A DNA stretch of 64,000 bases from Capsulimonadaceae bacterium (lineage in GTDB: Bacteria > Armatimonadota > Armatimonadia > Armatimonadales > Capsulimonadaceae): NCBI GenBank assembly GCA_965249515.1, contig OZ252240.1:4150693-4214692 (forward strand), written 5' to 3'. Positions 49,741 through 58,711 of this stretch are shown in pieces. The translations under genes were made by a program, and so were the position numbers. The notes beneath the pieces were generated by a model. It was not told the DNA's origin, ran no database searches, and saw only the letters and a list, made by a program, of their open reading frames with translations. Position 1 is the first letter of the stretch. Each line of letters opens with the position of its first letter.

Positions 49741-52086
49741 ATGGCACGTGACCCTTCTGCCCTAACTTCATCATTTTCCAAGTCGCTCGGACGCCTGCCG
49801 CGCCGCCGCAAGCCGCGCGGCGCTTCGGGACGCCGCGACCTCCCCTTTTGGCGTTTGCAGCCGCTGCGTGACCGGCTGGCCGGCCTCGATTTCCTCCGTG
49901 TCCTGCTCCTGCTCGGCACCGTCCTTGCGCTGTCCGCCCTGCTTTCCCTGCACCTGCTGCCGGACAAAGTCGCGCTGCGAACCGGCGAAGTCAGCGGTCA
50001 GGACATCCGGGCGCTCCGCACCGTGCGCTTTCTCGATGACGGCGCGACGGACGCTCTGCGCTCGGCGGCAGCGGCCCGCGTCGAGCCGGTCTACTCGTCC
50101 GCCCATGCGGCGTCGGAGGCCGATGAAACCATCTCCGACGCTTACCAGCATTTGCGCCGCGACCAAGTTGCCGGCACCGATCCCGCCCGCGCTGCATCGG
50201 ACCTGCGCCGCGAAGTCGGCGTTGTCGTCCTGCCCGCCGCTCTGACACCCCTTCTCAGCCCCCGCGCCGGTGCGTACCACCTGGACCAGGCCGAGCGGCT
50301 CACCCATCAGGCCGTGCATGATGCGATGGACCGGGAGATCCGCGACGACCGCCCCGGCGACCTCGCCGAAGCGCGAATCGTCGCCGTGTCCAGGCTGTCG
50401 GCCTCTATGCTGCCCCGCACCCATATCCCCGCCGCCCTCGCCATTGCCCGTGCCGTGGTCCAGCCAAACCGACTGCTCGACAAGAACAAGACTGCCGGGG
50501 CTAGGGCAAGCGCCGAGCGCCTGGTCGCCCCGGTCTACAGCCAGATATTTGCCGGAGACATCGTCGTGCGGAGCGGCCAGATTGTTACCCCCGCCACGAT
50601 TGCGAAGCTGCGGGCGCTCGGCCTGCAAAACCCGCGCCTCGACCCGGTGATGGCTGCAAGCGTTACCGGCTTGGTGCTGTTCATGGTCGGCCTGGTCTGC
50701 GCCTGGCTGGCCCGCGACTACCCGCGCGTGTATGCGTCCACCAAGACCCTGCTGCTCCTGTCACTCCTGGTCGGGCTGGGCATTCTCGGTCTCCGTTTGG
50801 GAAGCGCTGTGCTTGGGGTGCGGCTGTCCGCGTCGCAGTTCGGCTATGTCGGGATGCTCTGGGTCGCGGCCACGGGAATGCTGATTGCAGCCCTGATCAA
50901 GCCGCGTGTTGCGCTGCTGGTCACCGCGCTGCTGGCGGCGCAGTCGGGCGTGATCCTCGGCAACGATCTGCGCTTTTCGGTGCTGACTTTGCTGTCCACA
51001 TGGGTCGCCATTTATGCCGTCTCCGACCTGCGGAGCCGCACCGATGTTCTGCGGGCCGGCGGCATTTTGTGCGCGGCCAACGTCGCGATGAGCCTGCTGG
51101 TCGGCCAGCTCCAGGGAGATGTGCGGGCGGACATCGGTCAGTCCGTGATCTGGGCGTTCTTTTCCGGTCTCCTCGCCGTCGCATTGTTTGGGGTCAGCAC
51201 GGCGCTGTTCGAGCGGCTGTTCGGCATCACGACGCCGCTTGGCCTCCTGGAGCTGTCCGACCCGAACCGCCCTTTGCTGAGGCGCTTCTGCGAGGCCGCA
51301 CCTGGCACCTACACTCACTCTATTCTGGTCGGAAATCTGGCTGTCAGCGCCGCCGAAGCCATCGGCGCGGATGCGCTTCTGTGCCGTGTGGGGGCGCTGT
51401 ACCATGATTTGGGCAAGATGCAGCGGGCGCAGTTCTTTGTCGAGAACCAGGCCGGCGGCGACAACGCCCACGAGCGCCTGAACCCGTCCCTGTCGGCGTT
51501 AGTCGTGACCGCCCATGTGCGCGACGGGTTGGAGATGGCCGACCGGGAAAAGCTGCCGCCCGTCATCAAATCATTCATCACTGAGCATCACGGCACGAGT
51601 TTGATCCGCTACTTCTACCATCAGCAGTGCGCCGGGGACGACTGCGAGGCCGCGCCGGTTTTGGAGCAGCAGTTCCGCTACGGCGGTCCGAAGCCGCAGA
51701 GCCGCGAAACCGCCATCCTGATGCTGGCTGACAGTGTCGAAGCGGCGTCGCGGACTTTGGAGCGTCCGACGCTGAGCCGCATCGAAGATCTCATCACAAA
51801 AATCATTGACGGCCACCTCGGCGATGGTCAGCTCGACGAATGCGATTTGACTCAGCGCGACCTGCGTGGTATCCGCGAAGCGTTCGCCAAATTGTTGTCG
51901 GGAATGCTGCACTCGCGCATTGACTACCCCGAGATGCTTAAAGAACCCGTGAAGAAGCCCGCCGACCTCTCCCTGCCGACACCACCTGCCAATGCCACTC
52001 TTGATTCACTGCCGGACCGCTTTGCCGCCGCCGCTGACCGCCCCAGCGATCTTGACCGCCCCGCTGGCGGCTCTCTTGCGGCATGA
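49741..52086 (+). CDS. 7TM-receptor HD-domain phosphohydrolase (PgpH/YqfF-like)
   Basis: Extracellular region, 7 TM segments, HD domain (YTHSILVGNLA...ALYHDLGKM...TEHHGTS). Start is uncertain (49657 or 49741). Confidence 0.85.
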   Translation: MARDPSALTSSFSKSLGRLPRRRKPRGASGRRDLPFWRLQPLRDRLAGLDFLRVLLLLGTVLALSALLSLHLLPDKVALRTGEVSGQDIRALRTVRFLDDGATDALRSAAAARVEPVYSSAHAASEADETISDAYQHLRRDQVAGTDPARAASDLRREVGVVVLPAALTPLLSPRAGAYHLDQAERLTHQAVHDAMDREIRDDRPGDLAEARIVAVSRLSASMLPRTHIPAALAIARAVVQPNRLLDKNKTAGARASAERLVAPVYSQIFAGDIVVRSGQIVTPATIAKLRALGLQNPRLDPVMAASVTGLVLFMVGLVCAWLARDYPRVYASTKTLLLLSLLVGLGILGLRLGSAVLGVRLSASQFGYVGMLWVAATGMLIAALIKPRVALLVTALLAAQSGVILGNDLRFSVLTLLSTWVAIYAVSDLRSRTDVLRAGGILCAANVAMSLLVGQLQGDVRADIGQSVIWAFFSGLLAVALFGVSTALFERLFGITTPLGLLELSDPNRPLLRRFCEAAPGTYTHSILVGNLAVSAAEAIGADALLCRVGALYHDLGKMQRAQFFVENQAGGDNAHERLNPSLSALVVTAHVRDGLEMADREKLPPVIKSFITEHHGTSLIRYFYHQQCAGDDCEAAPVLEQQFRYGGPKPQSRETAILMLADSVEAASRTLERPTLSRIEDLITKIIDGHLGDGQLDECDLTQRDLRGIREAFAKLLSGMLHSRIDYPEMLKEPVKKPADLSLPTPPANATLDSLPDRFAAAADRPSDLDRPAGGSLAA

Positions 52087-52468
52087 GGGCATCACAAACG
52101 ACCCGGAAATCAGCGTCGTCTTTTGCGATGACCCGTACATCCAGGCGCTGAACGCCCAGTACCGGGGCAAAGACAAGCCCACCGATGTGCTGTCATTCGC
52201 CCAGGAAGACCCGGAGATTTTAGGCGACGTCGTCCTCTCCGTCCCGACCGCCGACCGCCAAGCCAAAGCCGCCGGCTGGCCTTTAGAACACGAGATCGCC
52301 CTGCTCGGTGTTCATGGCCTCCTGCACCTGCTCGGCTACGACGACGAAACGGAAGCGGGCGCGTGGGAGATGCAGTACCGCACCGAAGCAGCTTTGAGCG
52401 AGGCTGGGATTGCCGTTCCCAAGCGCGGTCAGCACCCGTTTTTCGTGGAGGAAGTTAAAGAACCATGA
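51992..52468 (+). CDS. ybeY: rRNA maturation RNase YbeY
   Basis: LNAQYRGKDKPTDVLSF, HGLLHLLGYDD zinc motif. The track start implies a 95-nt overlap with the upstream gene, so the start is uncertain. Confidence 0.88.
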   Translation: MPLLIHCRTALPPPLTAPAILTAPLAALLRHEGITNDPEISVVFCDDPYIQALNAQYRGKDKPTDVLSFAQEDPEILGDVVLSVPTADRQAKAAGWPLEHEIALLGVHGLLHLLGYDDETEAGAWEMQYRTEAALSEAGIAVPKRGQHPFFVEEVKEP

Positions 52469-52676
52469 CATGAATGTCACGGCCAAACGGCAAAGTCGCC
52501 ACGAAGTACCGCTTCGCGGGACTCAGACCAGGGGTGTTCTCTCATCCTAACCCCGCGCCTTCCAGGTAGCCAGTGCTGACCAGTGCAGAAGCGGTGTTTT
52601 GTGGCGTCTGCGCCGTCTACCCCAATAAAGCCCTAGCCGTGCGTTTCAACGCATTGTGTTCGTATCAGGTACAAAT

Positions 52677-53123
52677 ATGCCTTCCGTCGAAATCGTCTGC
52701 ATTGGTCAGCCAGAGCCGATTGTTTTTGAGAATATGCCATTTCGGATTGACGCAGAAAACCGGCTAGTCTCGCAGCGCACCCCGTCGCCTCTGTTCCAAA
52801 CCGACTTTGATTTATTGACAGGCTGTATCTACCATTTAATCAAGCAGTCGAGAGGCGCTTGTACTGCGGTTGAATTGCTCGACGCTTGGTGGGAGGAATT
52901 GCGCTTCAAGCCGGAGTATGTGCCAAACATCCAGCAGATATTGAGCGAGCTGCTGACTGCTTCCCCGGAAGGAAAAGTGCTGTTTACAAGCGACTACCAA
53001 TTCGGCCCGAACACCAAACGGTACAAGCGGCCTTTAACGCTTGGCAATTTTTGGGCGCTCCACGCAGAGGGTAAATTGCGGGCCAACGCCCTTTATCCAC
53101 TCACGCGGGACAAAATCACTTAG
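52677..53123 (+). CDS. hypothetical protein, 148 aa
   Basis: ORF in visibly AT-richer DNA between ybeY and dgkA. No family recognised. A GTG at 52656 is an alternative start. Confidence 0.5.
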   Translation: MPSVEIVCIGQPEPIVFENMPFRIDAENRLVSQRTPSPLFQTDFDLLTGCIYHLIKQSRGACTAVELLDAWWEELRFKPEYVPNIQQILSELLTASPEGKVLFTSDYQFGPNTKRYKRPLTLGNFWALHAEGKLRANALYPLTRDKIT

Positions 53124-53143
53124 CGAAGTTCGCTGATCAATCT

Positions 53144-53866
53144 ATGCGCCAAGTACCGAGGCCGAAAAACCATCTTGATTCGTTCCGCTATGCTGTGGAA
53201 GGCATTGTTCATACCTTCCGCACGCAGAAACACATGCGGTTCCACTTCTTCACGGTCGTGCTGGTACTGCTTATCGGGCTGCTGCTGCGGCTGTCACGGG
53301 TGGAAATGGCCGTGCTGTTTATTGTCGTATCGGGCGTTTTGGTTACCGAAATGCTCAACACGGCGATTGAAAGTGTCGTGGACATGATCACGCAGGCATA
53401 TCACCCGCTGGCGAAGCTCGCCAAAGACATTGCGGCGGGGGCGGTGCTGATTGCCAGCATCACGGCGGCGGTTGTCGGCGGGATCTTGTTTTTTGGCTCT
53501 AACAAGATTGCCCAGTTACACCTGGACATCAAGCGTGACCCGCTGCCGGTGACGGTGATCCTCACGGTCGTGGTGCTGGTGCTGATTATCGTTTTGATCT
53601 CGAAGGTGCTGGGGCAGAAGGGATCTATTCTTTCGGGCGGGATTGTCAGCGGCCATGCGGCGGTGTCGTTTTTTCTGGCCTCGACGCTGATCTACCGGGC
53701 GATGGACTACTTCACCGGCATACTGGCGCTGCTGCTGGCGTTTCTCGTGGCTCAAAGCCGGGTAGAGGGGAAGATACACACGCTTCAGGAAGTAATCATC
53801 GGCGGCCTGCTCGGGATTTTGTTCACCTGCGGCATCTATTTCGTGCATATCTTTCCAGTTCACTGA
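53144..53866 (+). CDS. dgkA: diacylglycerol/undecaprenol kinase (DgkA) fused to a PAP2-like C-terminal module
   Basis: The N-terminal 120 aa are colinear with DgkA (EMLNTAIESVVD, AKDIAAGAVLIA). The C-terminal half has VSGHA and SRVEGKIHTLQE, resembling PAP2 motifs C2 and C3. Confidence 0.8.
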   Translation: MRQVPRPKNHLDSFRYAVEGIVHTFRTQKHMRFHFFTVVLVLLIGLLLRLSRVEMAVLFIVVSGVLVTEMLNTAIESVVDMITQAYHPLAKLAKDIAAGAVLIASITAAVVGGILFFGSNKIAQLHLDIKRDPLPVTVILTVVVLVLIIVLISKVLGQKGSILSGGIVSGHAAVSFFLASTLIYRAMDYFTGILALLLAFLVAQSRVEGKIHTLQEVIIGGLLGILFTCGIYFVHIFPVH

Positions 53867-53882
53867 CCCCTATCTACCGACC

Positions 53883-55256
53883 ATGCAGCCATCCCATCTT
53901 TACGCCCTGTTTGCCCTGTTTCTACTGACCCTCCTCAATGCGTTTTTTACGCTGGCGGAGATCGCGCTGAATACTGTCCGCAATGCGCGGCTGCAAGACT
54001 TGATCGAAGAAGGCGGAACGGATGCCGGGGCGGCAGGCAGCGCCCAGCAGCTCCTGCGGCAGCCGACACGGGTGGTCGCGACGGTGCAGGTCGGCATCAC
54101 ACTGGCGTCTTTTGGGGTTGCCGCTATCGCCGCCGCCGTGCTGGCTCCCGCCTGGGCGGGCGTCATCCCGCCGGGCCTGACTCGCGCCCCGGTGCGCTTT
54201 ATGACGGTCGCGCTGACTTTGGTGGCCGCGCTGTTCACCATCGTCATCGGCGAGATTATTCCGCGCTCGGTCGCGCTGAAGCGGCCCGACGAAACGGCGC
54301 TTTTGATCGCCCGTCCGCTGCGCTTTTTTATTGTTGCGCTTGCCCCGCTGGCGACATTCGCGCTTGGGATGTCTTCCCTGCTAGTCCGGCCCTTCGGCCT
54401 GACCGCGACTTTCGCCGCGCCGATGATTACCGAAGAAGAATTGCGGGCGATGCTTGAGGCAAGCGCCCAGTCCGGGGCAATTGAGGAAGACGAAAAAGAG
54501 ATTATTCGTAACGTTATCTCGTTCGGCGATACCGATGTCCGGCAGGTGATGACCCCGCGCATTGATGTGAAGGCGATTGACGCCGGGGCGGGTCTGCCCG
54601 CGCTGCTCGCGCTGATTGTCGAGAGCGGCCACTCGCGCATTCCCGTCTATGAGAGCAGCGTGGACAGCGTCGTCGGCATCGTCCATGCCAAAGATTTGCT
54701 GCCGGCCCTGTCGCGCGGCGAGCGGGATTTAGACCTGCGCCCGCTGATGCGTACCCCCTTGGTGGTGCCGGAAAACCGGCGCATTGACGACCTGCTCGAC
54801 GAATTTCGCCGTTCCAGCGTCCAAATGGCGATTATTCAGGATGAGTACGGCGGCACGGCGGGCCTCGTCACGGTCGAAGATTTGCTGGAAGAGCTGGTCG
54901 GGGAAATCCAGGACGAATACGACCAGGAAAACGCCCAGTTCCAGACGCTTGGGCCGAACATCTACCGTGTGGACGCCCGCATGGCGATTGACGACCTGAA
55001 CGATTTATTAGACCTGGACCTGCCGCACGAGGATTTTGACACCATTGGCGGCTTCGTCTTCGGTCAGTTTGGCCGTCAGCCCGAAGCCGGCGAGTCGGTC
55101 GCCTACGAGAACTTGGAGCTGCGGGTCGAGAAGACCGATGGCCGCCGGGTAGACGAGATCACGCTTACGGTGCTGCCCGACGGAATAGGAACGGATGAGG
55201 ATGAGCGCGGCGCGGGAGCCTCTCATCTGACACCTCTCAAGCCGACATCTGCTTGA
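53883..55256 (+). CDS. hemolysin-family CNNM/CorC protein (DUF21, CBS pair, CorC_HlyC)
   Basis: 4-TM DUF21 N-terminus, a CBS pair, and the C-terminal DTIGGFVFGQFGRQPEAGE transporter-associated domain. Confidence 0.9.
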   Translation: MQPSHLYALFALFLLTLLNAFFTLAEIALNTVRNARLQDLIEEGGTDAGAAGSAQQLLRQPTRVVATVQVGITLASFGVAAIAAAVLAPAWAGVIPPGLTRAPVRFMTVALTLVAALFTIVIGEIIPRSVALKRPDETALLIARPLRFFIVALAPLATFALGMSSLLVRPFGLTATFAAPMITEEELRAMLEASAQSGAIEEDEKEIIRNVISFGDTDVRQVMTPRIDVKAIDAGAGLPALLALIVESGHSRIPVYESSVDSVVGIVHAKDLLPALSRGERDLDLRPLMRTPLVVPENRRIDDLLDEFRRSSVQMAIIQDEYGGTAGLVTVEDLLEELVGEIQDEYDQENAQFQTLGPNIYRVDARMAIDDLNDLLDLDLPHEDFDTIGGFVFGQFGRQPEAGESVAYENLELRVEKTDGRRVDEITLTVLPDGIGTDEDERGAGASHLTPLKPTSA

Positions 55257-55581
55257 GGCGCTGAGTGCGGCGCCATTCGCGCTGCATGCTCTGGGTCAGA
55301 GTCAGTTTGGCCCGCTTGACATCGTGCAGGCTGCGCGATAGGTCGCGGTGCAGGGCGCAGGCCGCTTTGACCGCCTCAAGCTCGGTGGTCTTGACATAAA
55401 CTTTGCGGACCCGGCTGCCTTCACGCCAGATGCGGTAATGGTAAGGGCCATGCGGCTTTCCATTCTGGCAGCGGCAGCCGGCTTTTCCGCAGCGAATAAA
55501 CTGCGGGCAGACTTCTCCTTCCAGCGGCTCAATCTCAGTCGAATCAATCTCGGGTAAGTCAGTGTCGGTGTGTGAGTTCAA
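55237..55581 (-). CDS. DUF6788-like zinc-ribbon protein
   Basis: CGKAGCRCQNGKPHGPYHYRIWREGSRVRKVYV matches the recalled DUF6788 signature. Confidence 0.55.
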   Translation of the reverse strand: MNSHTDTDLPEIDSTEIEPLEGEVCPQFIRCGKAGCRCQNGKPHGPYHYRIWREGSRVRKVYVKTTELEAVKAACALHRDLSRSLHDVKRAKLTLTQSMQREWRRTQRLKQMSA

Positions 55582-55714
55582 TACAGCACCCTCACGGCAA
55601 GTATGCCAGCTTTCTAATTTTCCCCATTGTACCCCGTGCCGGCCACACCATAACTTTTTTTGGGCTGCAACTTTTTCCGCCGTTCTGTGTCATAGTTTTC
55701 AAGAGGAACCTACC

Positions 55715-56860
55715 GTGAAACAATCGCCGCTGCTTTTTTTGATGACCGGGGCGGCCCTGGCGCTTTCCGGCTGCTCCCATAACAGCCCGCCGGTGGCAAT
55801 GGCCCCGCCGACCAACCCCGTGACGATCTCTCAGCCGCAAAACCCAATGGCCGGGCAGGACCCAAACAGTCAAATGGCGGGGCAAAACGGTGCGTATAAC
55901 TGGACCGAGGTGCCGGCCAATCAGCAGGTGCCGATTACACGGGCCGTCTTCGACCAGGGCGGCTACCAGCTTTATTCTTCGCAGGGCACGATTGTCGTGC
56001 CGTTCGCAAACCAGAATATGTATGTGATGAAGTTCGGCCAGTCTCAGACCGGACAAATGTACTTCGTCAACAGCGGCGCATTCCCGACTCTCTTTATCCC
56101 GCCGGGCGCGGGCCTGCAAAACGCCGCACAGCAAGGGGCGACCTGGTATCCGTTCCCGCAGAACTACAACTATACCAGCCCGGTGTATGTCGGCCTTGCC
56201 CCGAGCTGGTCGGCATTCTCAGGCATGGGCTGGTATCCGGGCATGTCCTATTACGGCGGTTACTACGGCTACAGCCCGTACAGCATCGTCGGGCCGATGA
56301 TCGGCCTGCACTTTCTGATTGGCGGCTCGCCGTATTACGGCTGGAACTCGTACCACAGCTACTACAATAGCCACCCCGGCTACGCCCCGATGCGCGTGGT
56401 CAACCGCACGGTCTACAACCAGGCCGCGCGGTCATCGAGCTTCGGCTCAGGCCGTTCGTTCGGCAGCCGCACGTCGGGCAGCGGCAGCTCCGGCAGCTTT
56501 GGGCGGCGCTCCTTCGGCTCCTCTGGGACGACATTCGGCGGCGGTCGCTCTTCCTTCGGCGGCGGCCGTCCGGCGTCCGGCAGCAGCGGCTCGTTTGGAC
56601 GCGGCCCGTCAAGCTTCGGCGGCTCGTTCGGCGCGGGACGCCGCTCGCTCCCCACGGCATCGCCCACGCCATCTTCCAGTGGCGGCTCCTTCGGCAGCCG
56701 GCCCGCGTTCGGGGGAGGCGGATCGTTTGGAGGCGGTTCCAGCAGCCCACGCCCGTCATTCGGCGGTGGGTCTTTCGGGGGCGGGGGACGGTCCTCGTTC
56801 GGCGGGGGCAGCTTCGGCGGCGGCGGTCGGTCTTTTGGCGGCGGCGGACGGCGTCGCTGA
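55715..56860 (+). CDS. lipoprotein with Tyr/Gly-rich core and Arg/Gly/Ser/Phe low-complexity tail
   Basis: GTG start after AAGAGGA. Lipobox LALSGC. About 140-aa tail of SFGGGGR-type repeats ending GGGGRRR. Confidence 0.65.
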   Translation: MKQSPLLFLMTGAALALSGCSHNSPPVAMAPPTNPVTISQPQNPMAGQDPNSQMAGQNGAYNWTEVPANQQVPITRAVFDQGGYQLYSSQGTIVVPFANQNMYVMKFGQSQTGQMYFVNSGAFPTLFIPPGAGLQNAAQQGATWYPFPQNYNYTSPVYVGLAPSWSAFSGMGWYPGMSYYGGYYGYSPYSIVGPMIGLHFLIGGSPYYGWNSYHSYYNSHPGYAPMRVVNRTVYNQAARSSSFGSGRSFGSRTSGSGSSGSFGRRSFGSSGTTFGGGRSSFGGGRPASGSSGSFGRGPSSFGGSFGAGRRSLPTASPTPSSSGGSFGSRPAFGGGGSFGGGSSSPRPSFGGGSFGGGGRSSFGGGSFGGGGRSFGGGGRRR

Positions 56861-56898
56861 CTTTCGGCATTACGGTTCATTTTTGAGGAGACCACACC

Positions 56899-57348
56899 AT
56901 GAACGATATGATCTTTCAGACCGGCGGCGATTGGGAAAACACGACCCTCTACAATAACGGCGTCGAAGTGCCGGCGGCGCAGCTTTTTGTCGAGCTTCGC
57001 GCCGGCCGCGACGAATATGACAACCCGGTGCAGGGCGGCATCTATGACGGCACCGATTTCACCGCCATTGTCCGCACCCAGGATAACCCAGAAACTGCGC
57101 TCGACATCCTGCCCGGCAAGCTGACCCTGACCTTTCCCGGTCACCAGATTGTGCTGGAAAACTATCACCCGATGGTCGCGCTTGACTCCACCCGCGTCTG
57201 GTACAATGGTCAGGACATCACGAACCGCGTCGTGGATGTTTATGTAGATGTCAACGCCCAGGACGACCTCGTCAAAGCGTTCGTCACGGTCTATAAGCCG
57301 CACTTTATTTCGACCGACGAAGTGATTACGTATACGATTGTGGCGTAG
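56899..57348 (+). CDS. hypothetical protein, 149 aa
   Basis: GGAGA RBS. No family recognised. Confidence 0.5.
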   Translation: MNDMIFQTGGDWENTTLYNNGVEVPAAQLFVELRAGRDEYDNPVQGGIYDGTDFTAIVRTQDNPETALDILPGKLTLTFPGHQIVLENYHPMVALDSTRVWYNGQDITNRVVDVYVDVNAQDDLVKAFVTVYKPHFISTDEVITYTIVA

Positions 57349-57349
57349 G

Positions 57350-57506
57350 GACCTCACCCCGCTGCTCCGCAGCGACCCTCTCCTTAAGCAAGGAGAGGGT
57401 AGGAATAATTCGGAGAAGGACCCGGATGGGGCCGATACCTAGCTGTCTTCTCTTCACCCTCTCCTTGCTTAAGGAGAGGGTCGCTGCGGAGCAGCGGGGT
57501 GAGGTC
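57350..57506. repeat. 157-bp palindromic element, family A
   Basis: 50-nt arms at 57350-57399 and 57457-57506 are perfectly complementary. Each arm ends in a CCCTCTCC..GGAGAGGG hairpin. It begins 2 nt after a stop codon. Confidence 0.95.
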
Positions 57507-57529
57507 GCATTCAAAGGAGACATTTATCT

Positions 57530-58054
57530 ATGTTCGGCAGCACCAACGGCAGCAGCGCCGCGCCCGCCCCCTCTAACCTGCCCGCCGCGTCGGAAGTCGC
57601 GAAGCTCGGCAGCAGCCTGACCCAGATCGTCGTCAGCGGCCCGTCGTCCGGCGACCTCTTCGTTTTTCTCAACGGCCAGCCTATCCCGACCGGCCAGGTC
57701 GAAAGCCTCACCGTCGAGATCATTGCGCCCGACCAAAACGGCCAGAACGGCTCCGTCGCCGCCGTGCTGTCCCAATACAAGACCGGCTTCACGGGGAGCC
57801 GCGATCAAACCAGCGTTTCGCTGTTCCCCGGCACGGTCGAGCTGATTGCGCGGGGCCGCCGCATCGTCGTTTCGTGCGAGCAGGACGGCAGCTTCGACGG
57901 CCTCTGGCTCGGCCTCGGCCTGCGTCCTGACGGCACGTCCAGCGAGCTTTCGGGAGTCCAATCCCTGCGCCTCGCCGTCGCACAGGGCCTGGTAGACGCC
58001 AAGCTGATATGGAGCGAGACCAACGCCACCGAAGACCTCCTGCCGGAGGGGTAG
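57530..58054 (+). CDS. hypothetical protein, 174 aa
   Basis: AAAGGAGA RBS directly after the palindrome. No family recognised. Confidence 0.5.
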   Translation: MFGSTNGSSAAPAPSNLPAASEVAKLGSSLTQIVVSGPSSGDLFVFLNGQPIPTGQVESLTVEIIAPDQNGQNGSVAAVLSQYKTGFTGSRDQTSVSLFPGTVELIARGRRIVVSCEQDGSFDGLWLGLGLRPDGTSSELSGVQSLRLAVAQGLVDAKLIWSETNATEDLLPEG

Positions 58055-58105
58055 GCGGAAGTGGTACAATTATGACAAAGTCGCTGAACCGCTTGGACAA
58101 ACAGC

Positions 58106-58549
58106 ATGAATGCACTTATTGATTGGCTGTCGAACATTTATATCGGACACCCGCTGTTTCAGGCTATTGTGTTCTATATTGGTCATGCTCTACAAGTCGG
58201 CTTTTTGCTGTTGATGCTCTGGGGTTGTCTGTTTCTCGGCTTTGTCGCTAAACATCGCCGATATTCCATCCCACCGCACTCTTTGAGCGATAAATGCTGG
58301 AAGGCGACTTGGTTGCTGCAAGCCGTCGTTCTTCTCGTTTTAGCTCACGGCGTTTACAAGGACAAGTACCATATGGCGACGGGCGAAATCATTTTCTCCT
58401 TTTCGCCTTACGTTTTGATGATTGCCTCGTTTATTTTGGCAGGACGCTACTACCAGACGACAGGCAAATCTTTACAAGAAGCTGAAAGAGATAATCACGG
58501 CAAACGCAACATCGGCATAGGCCGCGCCTCAGACAACCGCAGAATATGA
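58106..58549 (+). CDS. hypothetical membrane protein (about 4 TM)
   Basis: Hydrophobic segments. AT-richer DNA. Confidence 0.5.
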   Translation: MNALIDWLSNIYIGHPLFQAIVFYIGHALQVGFLLLMLWGCLFLGFVAKHRRYSIPPHSLSDKCWKATWLLQAVVLLVLAHGVYKDKYHMATGEIIFSFSPYVLMIASFILAGRYYQTTGKSLQEAERDNHGKRNIGIGRASDNRRI

Positions 58550-58598
58550 AGCCGAGTTCGAGATGCTGATTCAGGAGTTAGAAGCGGCTGCGTTTGTT

Positions 58599-58691
58599 CC
58601 CTGGTCTGAAGACCAGGGCTTCTGAAGGGCGATTGTCTGCCTTCGCAGGCAGACAATCGCTTTACCGAAGACCCGGATTTCCAATCCGGGT
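58599..58691. repeat. cluster of three perfect hairpins, family B
   Basis: CCCTGGTC-tgaa-GACCAGGG (58599-58618). A 14-bp stem GCGATTGTCTGCCT-tcgc-AGGCAGACAATCGC (58629-58660). ACCCGGATT-tcc-AATCCGGGT (58671-58691). Confidence 0.9.
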
Positions 58692-58711
58692 TGAACCGAT
58701 CAGTTTACGAT

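Noticed and set aside
51992-52086. The 95-nt overlap between the PgpH-like gene and ybeY as a possible frameshift or fusion.
   Set aside because: Both proteins look complete in their own frames. The overlap probably reflects an uncertain ybeY start rather than a real anomaly.
56413-57357. 314-aa minus-strand ORF with PPPPK-type proline repeats.
   Set aside because: The repeats are the reverse complement of the Gly-rich tail of the lipoprotein gene. The ORF also runs antisense through the next gene.
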